Positions 37,841 to 47,036 of a DNA stretch of 64,000 bases are shown here, one piece after another (position 1 is the stretch's first letter; every line of letters starts with the position of its first letter). A program made the translations under genes and the position numbers. The notes beneath the pieces are model-generated. The model ran no database searches and was not told where the DNA came from. It worked only from the letters and a program-made list of their open reading frames with translations. The stretch spans positions 8,520 through 72,519 of the forward strand of contig DATBEZ010000027.1 of the NCBI GenBank assembly GCA_036558745.1, written 5' to 3'. Source of the DNA: Acidimicrobiia bacterium (lineage in GTDB: Bacteria > Actinomycetota > Acidimicrobiia > IMCC26256 > JAMXLJ01).

Positions 37841-38511
37841 GCGAGGAGGCCGCGCTCCGGGTCCTCGTCGTCGAGGACGACGTGCCGACGCGGATCGGCA
37901 TCCGCACGATCCTCGACGCGGAGCCCGACATCGCCGTCATCGGTGAGGCCGACAACGGGATCGACGCGTGCCGTCTCGCGCTCGAGAGCGAACCGGACGT
38001 CGTCCTCATGGACGTGCAGATGCAGCAGCTCGACGGCATCGGTGCGACCCGTCGCATCACCGAGGAAGCGCGCGACGACGCACGGCCGCGCGTCATCGTG
38101 CTGACCACCTTCGACTACGACGAGTACGTCTACGGTGCGCTCCGCGCCGGTGCGAGCGGGTTCCTCCTGAAGCGGACGCCGGCCGAGGAGCTCGTCGACG
38201 CGGTGCGCGTCGTTGCCAACGGCGAGGCGCTGCTGAGCCCCGAGCTGACCCGCCGGCTCGTCGCGGGCTTCTCGCGTCGCGAGGCGGGCGAGCGGTCCAC
38301 GGTGATCGACAGCCTCACCGACCGCGAGCGCGAGGTGCTGCTCCTCATCGCTCGTGGTCTCTCGAACCGGGACATCGCGCGCTGGCTCATGGTGAGCGTC
38401 GAGACGGTGAAGACCCACGCGAAGCGCATCTTCATGAAGCTCGGTGTGCGCGACCGCGCGCAGGCTGTGGTGATGGCGTACGAATCAGGACTGGTCGTCC
38501 CGAGCACCTGA
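37837..38511 (+). CDS. NarL/LuxR-family response regulator
   Basis: GTG overlaps the kinase stop (GTGA 37837-37840). LRVLVVEDD...DVVLMDVQM...VIVLTTF...GASGFLLK. C-terminal LTDREREVLLLIARGLSNRDIARWLMVSVETVKTHAKRIFMKLG. Confidence 0.9.
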   Translation: MSEEAALRVLVVEDDVPTRIGIRTILDAEPDIAVIGEADNGIDACRLALESEPDVVLMDVQMQQLDGIGATRRITEEARDDARPRVIVLTTFDYDEYVYGALRAGASGFLLKRTPAEELVDAVRVVANGEALLSPELTRRLVAGFSRREAGERSTVIDSLTDREREVLLLIARGLSNRDIARWLMVSVETVKTHAKRIFMKLGVRDRAQAVVMAYESGLVVPST

Positions 38512-38602
38512 CGGAATGCAGCCGATACACCATTCGCAATGACGGTGTGTCACCGCGATGAATCACTCTCCGGGGTGATGATTCCGCTGCCGCGCGACGC
38601 CC

Positions 38603-41287
38603 ATGCTCTTGAACGGTGTTCCATGTCGTTCGAAGCTCGAGCGGCCGGTGAGCCCGGGGGAGCAAGCACGCGGCGACGCGCGCAGCGCGGGATCCGGTCA
38701 AGTCGGCAGCGCACAACATGACGTCGTCGAGGGGAGGATCACCCCGCCGCGCCCGCGTCGACTCGTCAGCCGGCCGCGCCTCAGTGCGCTCCTGTCGGGA
38801 GCGACACGCGCGCGTCTGACGCTCGTGACCGGTCCGGCGGGAACCGGGAAGACCACCGCAGTGAGCGACTGGGTCGAGCAGCTCGGGTGCCCGGTCGCGT
38901 GGCTCACGGTCCATCCCGACGACAACGACCCCCAAACGTTCCGACGCGACGTGATGTCCGCCCTCGAACGTGCGGCCCCCCCGCGCGCGACGGCTGCTGA
39001 CGAGGTCGTGCCGCTCTCCACCGGCGACCTCGTCGCGGCCGTCGCTGCGCGTCTGGGCGCGTCCGAAGGACATGTCGTGCTCGTGCTCGACGACCTCCAC
39101 GTCGTGCGGAACCGTGCCGTGGCACGACAGCTCGAGGCGCTCGTCGAACGCCAGCTGCCCGGGCTGTCGATCGTGGTCGTGACGCGCAGCGATCCGCAGC
39201 TTCCACTGGCGCGCTGGCGCGTGCGTGACTCGGTGTGCGAGATCCGACACCGCGAGCTCGGCTTCACGGTCGACGAGGCGCGCTCGTATCTGGCGGGGTT
39301 TCCCGAGCTGGAGCTCGACGACGCCTCGGTGCGCCTGCTGACCGAGCGCACCGAAGGATGGATCGCGGGTTTGCAGCTCGCGGCGGTCTCGCTGCGCCAC
39401 GCCGACGAACCGGGCGCGTTCATCGAGCGCTTCCGCGGAACCGACCGTTACATCGCGGACTTCCTGCTCGACGAGGTGCTCGCTCATCAGACCCGGAGCG
39501 TCAGGGACTTCCTCGTCGACACGTCGGTGCTCGACCGCTTCGATCAAGGGCTGTGCAACGCCCTCACGGGACGGGATGACGCCCAGTTCCAGCTTCGCCG
39601 GCTGGAGGCTTCGAGCCTTTTCATCGTCCGGCTCGACCCGGAAGGACGCTGGTTCCGGTACCACACGCTGTTCCGTGACCTCTTGCGGTGCGAGCTCGAG
39701 CAGCGACACGCCGAACGTGCGCCGCTCCTCCACCGACGGGCCGCGGCTCGCCTCATGGAGTCGGGGGACCTCGTCGGCGGGGTCGAGCACCTCCTCGCGG
39801 CGGGCGACGCCGACGCCGCCTTCTCGGTCGTGGTCGGCGCGGGCGCCGATCCCGAGACCACGCGCCCATGGGTGCGCGAGGTGCTCGACGCGTTCCCGCC
39901 GGCCTTCGTGGCCGCGGACGCGGAGCGGATGCTCGTCGTGTCGGACATGCTCCGTGACCTCGGCCGTCTCGACGACTCGGCGATGTGGCTCGAACGGGCG
40001 GCCGCGGGGTCGACGCCCGGCGAGGCGATGGTCGGGCGCGCTGCGGTCACCTCGTCGTGGGCCAAGTGGCACCACGCCGCCGGGGACGCACACGCCGCGA
40101 TCGAACGGGGCGAACCACTCCTCGACGATCTCGGGAACCGAGCCCAGCACGACGAACGCTTCCTTCGCGGTCTCGGACTCGACCTCGCGCGCGCGTGGCT
40201 GCTCGTCGACGACGTCGGCGCGGCGCGACGCGCGATCACGGTCGAGCTGGAGGGAGACCTCCTGGATCCGGCGGGCATCGAGCTCGCGGTGCCCGCGCTG
40301 CAGGCCCGGATCGCCGCACGCGAGGGTCGGCTCCGCGTCGCGGAGGAGACGGCCGAACGTGTGCTGCGAACAGCGGACTCGTTGCACGTCGACCGTCATC
40401 CCGCGGTGCTCGACGCCCTCCTCGCCCGCGCGCGGGTCCACCGTGAACGCGACGACGCGGCAGCCGCGGCCGAGGACCTCGACCGGCTCCTCACGCTGGC
40501 CGGTCGCCGTCGCTCGCTCCCGTACACCGTGTCGGGGCGGGCCGAGAGGGCGTTGATCGTCGCGACCGAGTCTGGTCCGGACGCGGCGCTCGAGCAGCTC
40601 CTCGCCTTTCGAGACGCGCTCGCGTCACCACTGCCGCCCACGCTCGCTCACGTCCTCGACGTCGTCGAGGCCGGACTGTCGATCCGCGCCGGCGAGCTGG
40701 AGCGCGCCGCGCACATCGCGACGAGGTCGCAGCCCGGCCTGGACCGCGAGCTCCTCCTGGCCGCGGTCGAGTACCGGGCGGGCACGCACGCTCTCGCGCG
40801 AGATCGGCTGCGCAACGTGGGGGCCGTGCACCTGTCGGATCGGATCCGGGTGCAGCTGATGATCGGCGTGTGCTCCGACGATGCGGACGAGCTCGCGCAC
40901 CGGGTGCGGGCCGCGGTTCGTCTCGCGGCGCCGGAGGGCTTCCGACGCGTCTTCGCCGACCTGGCCGATCCCGGTGTCGCGCGGGCCCTGCGCTCCCTCG
41001 CGACGTCGGCCGAGGCCGCCGCGCACACCACCCGGCTCGTCGACCGTTTTCCCTGGTGGTCGCCCGTGACGACCGACGTCGCGATGGTCGAGCCGTTGAG
41101 CGAGCGCGAGCAGCTCGTCGTCCGCTACCTCCCGACGGAGCTCAGCCACCCGGAGATCGCGTCCGAGCTCGTGATCTCGATCAACACGCTCAAGACCCAC
41201 ATCCGCAACGTGTACCGCAAGCTCGGTGTCAACACCCGCGCCGACGCGGTGCGCGAGGCGCGTCGCTTGCGGCTCCTGCGGCCCTGA
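38603..41287 (+). CDS. large ATP-binding LuxR-family regulator (LAL / MalT-like, STAND NTPase + TPR-like + LuxR HTH)
   Basis: LTLVTGPAGTGKTT (Walker A), VLVLDDLH (Walker B). C-terminal LSEREQLVVRYLPTELSHPEIASELVISINTLKTHIRNVYRKLG. Confidence 0.85.
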   Translation: MLLNGVPCRSKLERPVSPGEQARGDARSAGSGQVGSAQHDVVEGRITPPRPRRLVSRPRLSALLSGATRARLTLVTGPAGTGKTTAVSDWVEQLGCPVAWLTVHPDDNDPQTFRRDVMSALERAAPPRATAADEVVPLSTGDLVAAVAARLGASEGHVVLVLDDLHVVRNRAVARQLEALVERQLPGLSIVVVTRSDPQLPLARWRVRDSVCEIRHRELGFTVDEARSYLAGFPELELDDASVRLLTERTEGWIAGLQLAAVSLRHADEPGAFIERFRGTDRYIADFLLDEVLAHQTRSVRDFLVDTSVLDRFDQGLCNALTGRDDAQFQLRRLEASSLFIVRLDPEGRWFRYHTLFRDLLRCELEQRHAERAPLLHRRAAARLMESGDLVGGVEHLLAAGDADAAFSVVVGAGADPETTRPWVREVLDAFPPAFVAADAERMLVVSDMLRDLGRLDDSAMWLERAAAGSTPGEAMVGRAAVTSSWAKWHHAAGDAHAAIERGEPLLDDLGNRAQHDERFLRGLGLDLARAWLLVDDVGAARRAITVELEGDLLDPAGIELAVPALQARIAAREGRLRVAEETAERVLRTADSLHVDRHPAVLDALLARARVHRERDDAAAAAEDLDRLLTLAGRRRSLPYTVSGRAERALIVATESGPDAALEQLLAFRDALASPLPPTLAHVLDVVEAGLSIRAGELERAAHIATRSQPGLDRELLLAAVEYRAGTHALARDRLRNVGAVHLSDRIRVQLMIGVCSDDADELAHRVRAAVRLAAPEGFRRVFADLADPGVARALRSLATSAEAAAHTTRLVDRFPWWSPVTTDVAMVEPLSEREQLVVRYLPTELSHPEIASELVISINTLKTHIRNVYRKLGVNTRADAVREARRLRLLRP

Positions 41288-41317
41288 CCCGGGCTCGCCG
41301 ACGTCCTCGCCGATTTC

Positions 41318-42694
41318 CTACGCGGCCACCTCGTCGTGCGCGTGCGCGTTCCGGGTGCCTGCCGGTCCCCGCTTCGCAGCGCGCCGGACCCGAACGACGA
41401 TGCCGGGCCGCAGGAGCGACGGCGGCGGCGCCTGCAGGTTCATCACGTCGACGAGGGCCTTCGCGACGACGGGGTCGTGCTGCGAGGCGACGAACACCGT
41501 GCGGATGTAGCGGTTGAGCGCGTCGGTGAGCGGCGGCTTCGGACCGGTCGTCTCCTCGAACAGGAAGTCGGCTCCGGCTGCGATCGACCACGGGATCGAC
41601 ACCACCTTCTTCGCGGCGCGGTAGAAGTGGGCCGCCAACGTGGCGGAGTCGGCGCCTTCGCGGTCGAGACAGCGGGCGAGCGCGCTCGTCTGCAACGCCG
41701 CCGACGTCATGCCCTGCCCGTAGATCGGGTTGAAGCTGCAGATCGAGTCGCCCAGCGCGACGAACCCCGCCGGGACCCGGTCGAGCTTCTCGAAGTGGCG
41801 CCACTGGTTGGAGGGAAGTCGGTGCGTGACGACCGGTGTCAGCGGCTCCGCGTCGCGGAGCACGCCGGCGATGTCGCCGGTCGGCAGGCTCTCGGCGAAG
41901 GCGAGGAAGCCGGCGTCGTCGGTCGGCGCGTGATCGCCGTGGAACCCGCACAGCGTGACCATCCACCGATCGCCTTCGATCGGGAACAGCACGGCCAGGC
42001 GCTTGCCCTCGGGCGGCGTCTGGATGCTGACGGCGAACGCCCAGTCGCGTTCGGGGTCGGGCTCGCGTCGCAGGAGACGGGACGCGTAGCCCATGTCGAT
42101 ACGGACCTGCGAGACCTCGGGCTCGGGATAGCCGAGGCCCGCGAGCCACCGACCGGCCTGTGAGCCGCGGCCCGAGCAGTCGACGACGAAGGTCGCGTCG
42201 AGCGGGCCCGCGCCCCCCGGTCCCTCGATGTCGACGCCGACCACTCGTCCATCACGCGCAAGGAGCGAGCCGACTGCGACGCCGTCCTCGATCTCGACGT
42301 TGCCCAGCGCGCGCACACGCCGCCGCACACCGTCCTCGAGGTACGGCCGCGACAGCAACGAGCCGAACACGTCCTCACCGTGGCGGACGCGGTAGCCGCC
42401 GAACTGCCACCACCGCGCATCGGCGATCTGGCGCCCGTAGAACGCACCACCCGCGACGAGCTCTTCCATGAGACCCGGGAAGAGGTCGCGGATGACGCCC
42501 TCACCGGCGGCGAGCAGGCCGTGCGCGTGGCGGCCCTGGGGAACGCCCTTGCGCGTCGCGCTCTCGCCGGGCAACGCGTCGCGGTCGAGCACCGTGACGT
42601 TCGTGAACCGCTCCGCGAGCACCCGGGCCGTGAGCAAGCCGCCCATGCTCGCCCCGATGACGACCGCTCGACCGTCGTGACGCCGTCCCACCAC
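41318..42694 (-). CDS. FAD-dependent oxidoreductase/monooxygenase
   Basis: AVVIGASMGGLLTARVLAERFTNVTVLDRD (GxGxxG dinucleotide fold), ALGDSICSFNPIYGQGM. Confidence 0.85.
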   Translation of the reverse strand: MVGRRHDGRAVVIGASMGGLLTARVLAERFTNVTVLDRDALPGESATRKGVPQGRHAHGLLAAGEGVIRDLFPGLMEELVAGGAFYGRQIADARWWQFGGYRVRHGEDVFGSLLSRPYLEDGVRRRVRALGNVEIEDGVAVGSLLARDGRVVGVDIEGPGGAGPLDATFVVDCSGRGSQAGRWLAGLGYPEPEVSQVRIDMGYASRLLRREPDPERDWAFAVSIQTPPEGKRLAVLFPIEGDRWMVTLCGFHGDHAPTDDAGFLAFAESLPTGDIAGVLRDAEPLTPVVTHRLPSNQWRHFEKLDRVPAGFVALGDSICSFNPIYGQGMTSAALQTSALARCLDREGADSATLAAHFYRAAKKVVSIPWSIAAGADFLFEETTGPKPPLTDALNRYIRTVFVASQHDPVVAKALVDVMNLQAPPPSLLRPGIVVRVRRAAKRGPAGTRNAHAHDEVAA

Positions 42695-42753
42695 AGACCT
42701 CCCCAGGTACCGATCGGTCGATGGTTCGCAGCGGCGGCCGCCCGCGGATCACC

Positions 42754-43551
42754 TCAGGCGCTGGAACGGCGCTTGGACCGGCGGGGTCGCCGGCCGACCG
42801 CGGCCTCGGGGTTGGACGCCGTGACGACGCCGCCCTTCAGACGGCCCAGCACGAGACCCCACGCAGCCTCCATGAACTCGGTCTGCGCGGGGGTGTCGAC
42901 CAGTTGATGGACCTCCACGCGGGAGCCCGCGGGGTTGCGTGCGTGCACCCGGAGGTAGCCGGTGAAGTCGCCGCCGGGGACGGGCACGTTGTCGTCCTCG
43001 AAGTCCCATCGCATCGCGATGAGCTCGGGCGGGCACACCACGTCGTAGGTCCCGCGCACCTCCGTCCCGAACTCCATCGTGGCCGCGAAGCGCCCGTTCT
43101 CGATCGTCACGGGCACACCGAGCCAGCGCGAGTACACCGCGGCGTCGGTGAAGGCGGCGAATGTCGTTGCCACGTCGGTGTCGACGTCGACCGCGACGAC
43201 CACGGCCGACACGGCGCGCGCCTCGGAGAGGTCGCGCTCCGGGATCTGGTCCGCGATCGTCCACTTGTCGGAGCCCTCGAGCGCGCCGCGCAGTCCGACG
43301 AGGGCCTCGGGCCGTGCGCGGTAGCGGCGCGACGTCCCTGCCGCGCGCATCCGCACGAGCCCGGCCTCGCGCAGCATCGCGAGGTGCTGCGAGATCGTCG
43401 GCTTCGTCACCGAGAACGCGGCCGCGATCTCGCCCGCCGCCAGCTCCCGATCCCAGACCAGGGCGAGGATGTCGCGCCGCACCGGTGACGAGAGCGCGGC
43501 GATCGTCGTGTTGATGTCTCCCACGCTTGCCCTCCGACGCCACCCGACCAT
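42754..43551 (-). CDS. ArsR/SmtB-family regulator fused to SRPBCC (AHSA1/START-like) domain
   Basis: ALSSPVRRDILALVWDRELAAGEIAAAFSVTKPTISQHLAMLREAGLV, followed by a ~150-aa beta-rich domain. Start at ATG 43551 or GTG 43524. Confidence 0.85.
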   Translation of the reverse strand: MVGWRRRASVGDINTTIAALSSPVRRDILALVWDRELAAGEIAAAFSVTKPTISQHLAMLREAGLVRMRAAGTSRRYRARPEALVGLRGALEGSDKWTIADQIPERDLSEARAVSAVVVAVDVDTDVATTFAAFTDAAVYSRWLGVPVTIENGRFAATMEFGTEVRGTYDVVCPPELIAMRWDFEDDNVPVPGGDFTGYLRVHARNPAGSRVEVHQLVDTPAQTEFMEAAWGLVLGRLKGGVVTASNPEAAVGRRPRRSKRRSSA

Positions 43552-43553
43552 AT

Positions 43554-43589
43554 TGTTCGGCGTACACCTAATTTAGCGACTACCGAACA
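43554..43589. promoter_or_regulatory. inverted repeat TGTTCGG-N22-CCGAACA in divergent ArsR/DinB intergenic region
   Basis: Read from the sequence. The spacer is AT-rich (ACCTAATTTAGCG). Sits between divergent starts 43551 (or 43524) and 43616. Confidence 0.35.
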
Positions 43590-43615
43590 TCGCTGGTGCC
43601 CAGGCAGGAGGAGCG

Positions 43616-44245
43616 ATGCCCAAGACGGACGTCTGGCCCGTGGTCCACGCCGAGCGCAAGGCGCTCGCGGCCGACCTCGGTGGGCTGCGCGACGACCAGT
43701 GGGACCAGCCGTCGCTCTGTGGCGACTGGACCGTGCGGGACGTGCTCGCGCACATGACGGCCACGGCGGAGATGAGCGGACCGCGCTTCTTCGTCAAGAT
43801 CGTGGGCTCGGGTTTCAGCCTCGCCCGGCTCCAGAACCGCGACATCGCGCGCGTCCGCGGCGCCACCCCTGCCGACACGCTCGCGGCGTTCGAGCGTCAG
43901 GTGGAGACGTCCGGCGGACCGCCCGGGCCGGCCGAGACCATGCTGGGCGAGACCATCGTGCACGCGGAGGACATCCGTCGCCCGCTCGGCATCGCGCACG
44001 TCTCCCCGCTCGAAGCGGTGGCGCGCGTCGCGGACTTCTACGCGTCATCGAATCTCGTCATCGGCGGCAAGCGCCGCGTCGCGGGCCTCGCGCTGCGGGC
44101 CACCGACACCGACTGGAGCCACGGCGACGGGCCGACGGTCTCGGGGCCGGTTCTCTCGATCGTTCTCGCGATGACGGGTCGCGCCGTCGCGCTCGACGAC
44201 CTCGAAGGCGATGGCGTCGCGCAGCTCCGCGCACGCATGCCCTAG
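43616..44245 (+). CDS. maleylpyruvate isomerase-family mycothiol-dependent enzyme (DinB-fold)
   Basis: VVHAERKALAADLGGLRDDQWDQPSLCGDWTVRDVLAHMTA. RBS AGGAGGAG upstream. Confidence 0.85.
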   Translation: MPKTDVWPVVHAERKALAADLGGLRDDQWDQPSLCGDWTVRDVLAHMTATAEMSGPRFFVKIVGSGFSLARLQNRDIARVRGATPADTLAAFERQVETSGGPPGPAETMLGETIVHAEDIRRPLGIAHVSPLEAVARVADFYASSNLVIGGKRRVAGLALRATDTDWSHGDGPTVSGPVLSIVLAMTGRAVALDDLEGDGVAQLRARMP

Positions 44246-44292
44246 CTCGGCCGTCCCCACACGACGCCGACGAGACCACAGGAGGATCCCCC

Positions 44293-44625
44293 GTGCCGAA
44301 GTACCTCGTGCTCTACCGAGCCGGCGTTCCCGCCGACGCCCAGATGGCCGATGTCACGCCCGAGCAGGCACAGGCCGGCATGGCCCTCTGGATGCAGTGG
44401 GCGGAGAAGGCGGGCGACTCGATCGTCGACCTCGGATCGCCGCTCGTGCTCGCCGGCACCGTCGGTGACGGGACCGACGGTGACATGCCCATCGGTGGGT
44501 TCTCGATCCTGCAGGCCGACTCGCGCGACGCGGTCAAGGCCCTGCTCGCCGAGCACCCGCACTTCCACACGCCGGGGAAGTCCGCGATCGAGATCCACGA
44601 GTTCGCGCCCATGCCCGGCACCTGA
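44293..44625 (+). CDS. small dimeric alpha/beta-barrel (YciI-like) protein
   Basis: GTG 44293 after GGAGGA. VPKYLVLYRAG...GGFSILQADSRDAVKALLAEHPHF...IEIHEF. Family assignment tentative. Confidence 0.6.
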   Translation: MPKYLVLYRAGVPADAQMADVTPEQAQAGMALWMQWAEKAGDSIVDLGSPLVLAGTVGDGTDGDMPIGGFSILQADSRDAVKALLAEHPHFHTPGKSAIEIHEFAPMPGT

Positions 44626-44638
44626 GCCCACAATCCCG

Positions 44639-44684
44639 GGTTCCGACACGATGCGGCGCTATGACGCCGCATCGTGTCGGAACC
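44639..44684. terminator. perfect 20-bp stem / 6-nt loop hairpin (GGTTCCGACACGATGCGGCG-CTATGA-CGCCGCATCGTGTCGGAACC)
   Basis: Read from the sequence, between convergent genes. The TetR stop codon (44659-44661) lies in the loop region. No U-tract. Confidence 0.6.
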
Positions 44685-45312
44685 GGGCTCTCGGGGAGAA
44701 GACGAGGTCGACCGTGCGGTCCACCGTGGCGTGCACGTCGGCGATCGTGGTCCGACCGAGCGCCCACGACCGGAGCTTGGCCGCCATGACCATGCTCGTC
44801 GTCTCCACGATCGCGGCCGCCTCCTCCGGCTCGGTGTCGACGAGCGCCGCGGTCATCGCGTCCTGGTGACGGTCTGCGAACCGTGCGAACAGCCGGCGCG
44901 CGTTGTCGTCGTTCGAGCTCTCGAGCAGGATCTCCGCCCGCAGGAACTGCGGGCGGCGCTCGAACGCGCGGACCGCGCGGTGGAGCCGTCGACGCACGCG
45001 CGCCTCGTCGGACTCGGCGCGAGCGTCGTCGCGCTCCGACGCGAACGCGAACGTCTTCGCCCACTCGAGGAGCACGGCCGCGTACAGGTGCTCCTTCGAC
45101 GTGAAGTAGCGGTACAGCGTCCCGAGCGCGACACCGGCCCGTTGCGCGACGTCGCGGATCTGGATGCGGTCGTACTCGGCGCCGTCCTCCAACAGGTCCA
45201 GCGCGGCCTCGACGATCCGGTCGCGCCGACGCCGGAGGTGCGCCGGGAGGAGCTCGGGATCAGGAACCTCGCCGTCGTTGCGGCTCTCGGCCGTCGCGGA
45301 TGACCTCGCCAC
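44659..45312 (-). CDS. TetR/AcrR family transcriptional regulator
   Basis: RRRDRIVEAALDLLEDGAEYDRIQIRDVAQRAGVALGTLYRYFTSKEHLY. Confidence 0.9.
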   Translation of the reverse strand: MARSSATAESRNDGEVPDPELLPAHLRRRRDRIVEAALDLLEDGAEYDRIQIRDVAQRAGVALGTLYRYFTSKEHLYAAVLLEWAKTFAFASERDDARAESDEARVRRRLHRAVRAFERRPQFLRAEILLESSNDDNARRLFARFADRHQDAMTAALVDTEPEEAAAIVETTSMVMAAKLRSWALGRTTIADVHATVDRTVDLVFSPRARFRHDAAS

Positions 45313-45321
45313 GTCGACGCC

Positions 45322-46500
45322 TCAACGCGGCCGCGGCGTGACGAGCGCCCGCGCGTTGTCGTGCATGATCTTGCGCACGTCCGCGTCCGGCAGGCCGTCG
45401 ATCTCCTTCTCGAAGCTGACCGGGTCGGAGAGTCCCTCGGCGTGGGGGTAGTCGGAGCCGAACACGACACGCTCCGCGCCGACGCGCTCGACCAGCTTCA
45501 TCACGTCGTCTTCGAAGAACGGCGAGATCGACACGTGGTCGAGGAAGAGCTCGTAGGGGTCGGCCTTGAAGACGCCGGGCACCTGGATCGCGATCGTGCG
45601 CAGCTTGCCGAGCAGCGGCGCGACCCATCCCGAACCGGTCTCGATCGTCGCGACGCGCAGGTTGGGGAAGCGCTCGAACAGCCGGTCGGCCATGAGCGAG
45701 GCCATCATGTCGTGGATGGGGCTCGCGGAGAGCAGCCGCTTCAGCGGCGGGATGCGGAACGACTCCGTCTCGCCGGTCAGACCCCAGATCTGCTCGTAGG
45801 GCGCGTAGCTGGAGTCGCCGCCGTGGATCACGAGGGTGACGCCGGCCTCGTTCAGCCGCCCCCAGAACGCGTCGTGGGCAGGATCGCCGGGCGTGCGACG
45901 ACGCGCAGAGCCGTACACCGACGCGGGACGCATCAGCACGACGCCGATGTCGCGCTCGAGCGCGTACTCGAGCTCCTCGACCGCCCAGTCGACGTCGACC
46001 AGCGTGAAGTACGGAGCTCCGTAGATGCGCTGCTCGAAGTTGAAGCCCCAGTCCTCGTCGAGCCAGCGGTTGAACGCGCGAAACGCCGCGAGCAACGCCT
46101 CGGGGTCGCGCTCGAGCGCGGTCTCCATGCCGACCCCGAGGGTTGGGAGCATGATGCACGCTTCCAGGCCCTGCTGGTCCATGAGCTTGAGGCGCGCGGT
46201 GCGGTCGCGGTACTCGGGCCGCTCGCCGATCGGCTCGAGCTCGCCGAACGCCTTGCGCATGTCGCCGACGCCGGCCTTGGCGCGGAAGTAGTCGGACAGC
46301 GCGCCCGGCTTCGACACGTTCTCGAACGTCGGGTTCGGGATGAAGCGGTTCACCGAGCCGCCGACGAGGAGCCGTTCCTTGCCCTCGACCGTCGCCCACT
46401 GCATCGTCCGCTTGCGCATCGACGGATCGAGGTGGCGCGTGAAGGCGTCCTTCGGCTCGTAGAAGTGGTTGTCGGCGTCGAAGACCGGGAAGTCGACCAT
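45322..46500 (-). CDS. amidohydrolase-2 (ACMSD-like metal-dependent hydrolase/decarboxylase) family protein
   Basis: MVDFPVFDADNHFYEP...VVFGSDYPHAEG. 392 aa. Confidence 0.9.
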   Translation of the reverse strand: MVDFPVFDADNHFYEPKDAFTRHLDPSMRKRTMQWATVEGKERLLVGGSVNRFIPNPTFENVSKPGALSDYFRAKAGVGDMRKAFGELEPIGERPEYRDRTARLKLMDQQGLEACIMLPTLGVGMETALERDPEALLAAFRAFNRWLDEDWGFNFEQRIYGAPYFTLVDVDWAVEELEYALERDIGVVLMRPASVYGSARRRTPGDPAHDAFWGRLNEAGVTLVIHGGDSSYAPYEQIWGLTGETESFRIPPLKRLLSASPIHDMMASLMADRLFERFPNLRVATIETGSGWVAPLLGKLRTIAIQVPGVFKADPYELFLDHVSISPFFEDDVMKLVERVGAERVVFGSDYPHAEGLSDPVSFEKEIDGLPDADVRKIMHDNARALVTPRPR

Positions 46501-46574
46501 CGGAGTCCCCTCGTCGCGATGTCGCGGTGTCGTGTCGTCGGCGGGCGGGCGCCTCGCCGCGGTCCCGACAGACT

Positions 46575-46593
46575 AGAACACGATTCCAGTTCT
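46575..46593. promoter_or_regulatory. inverted repeat AGAAC-N9-GTTCT upstream of amidohydrolase-TetR unit
   Basis: Read from the sequence (CTAGAACACGATTCCAGTTCTCG). It is an AT-rich patch in the 143-bp gap between the VOC stop and the amidohydrolase start. Confidence 0.35.
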
Positions 46594-46643
46594 CGTCCAG
46601 CCCCCCGGACCAGGTCGCCTCGCGGTCGGGACGACGCGTCGGC

Positions 46644-47030
46644 TCAGCCCGGACCCTGGCCCAGCGTGATCCGGTTGCCCTCCGTGTCGATGACGGCCAC
46701 GAGCCGAGCGCCGCCTTCGACGCGCCCCTCACCCCGCCGACCGCCGGCGGCTTCGACCGCCACGAGAGCCGCGTCGAGATCGGCGACGTGGAAGCCGAGC
46801 CAGCTCTCGCGCTCGTCGCCTGCGCCGCCGCCGTGGAGCGCGATCGTCGTGTCCCGCCAGCGCAGCTCGGTCCAGAACTCCGACTCGAATTCGACCGCCA
46901 GACCGATCGTGTCGCGGTAGAAGCCGACGGCCCGAGCCATGTCCTGCACCGGCAGCATGAGGTAGACCTTGCTGATCTCCACGGCGACACCGTAGGCGCC
47001 TCGGTCACTCGCTGCTCCGGCCGTTCGCAC
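46644..47030 (-). CDS. VOC (glyoxalase/bleomycin-resistance/dioxygenase) family protein
   Basis: 128 aa. VYLMLPVQDMARAVGFYRDTIGL...WLGFHVADLDAA...GNRITL. Confidence 0.85.
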   Translation of the reverse strand: MRTAGAASDRGAYGVAVEISKVYLMLPVQDMARAVGFYRDTIGLAVEFESEFWTELRWRDTTIALHGGGAGDERESWLGFHVADLDAALVAVEAAGGRRGEGRVEGGARLVAVIDTEGNRITLGQGPG

Positions 47031-47036
47031 CCGAGC

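Noticed and set aside
38512-38602. Partial inverted repeat (GAATCAC...TGATGATTC) upstream of the LAL regulator, as a LuxR box.
   Set aside because: The arms match at only ~6 of 9 positions and there is no second copy, so support is insufficient.
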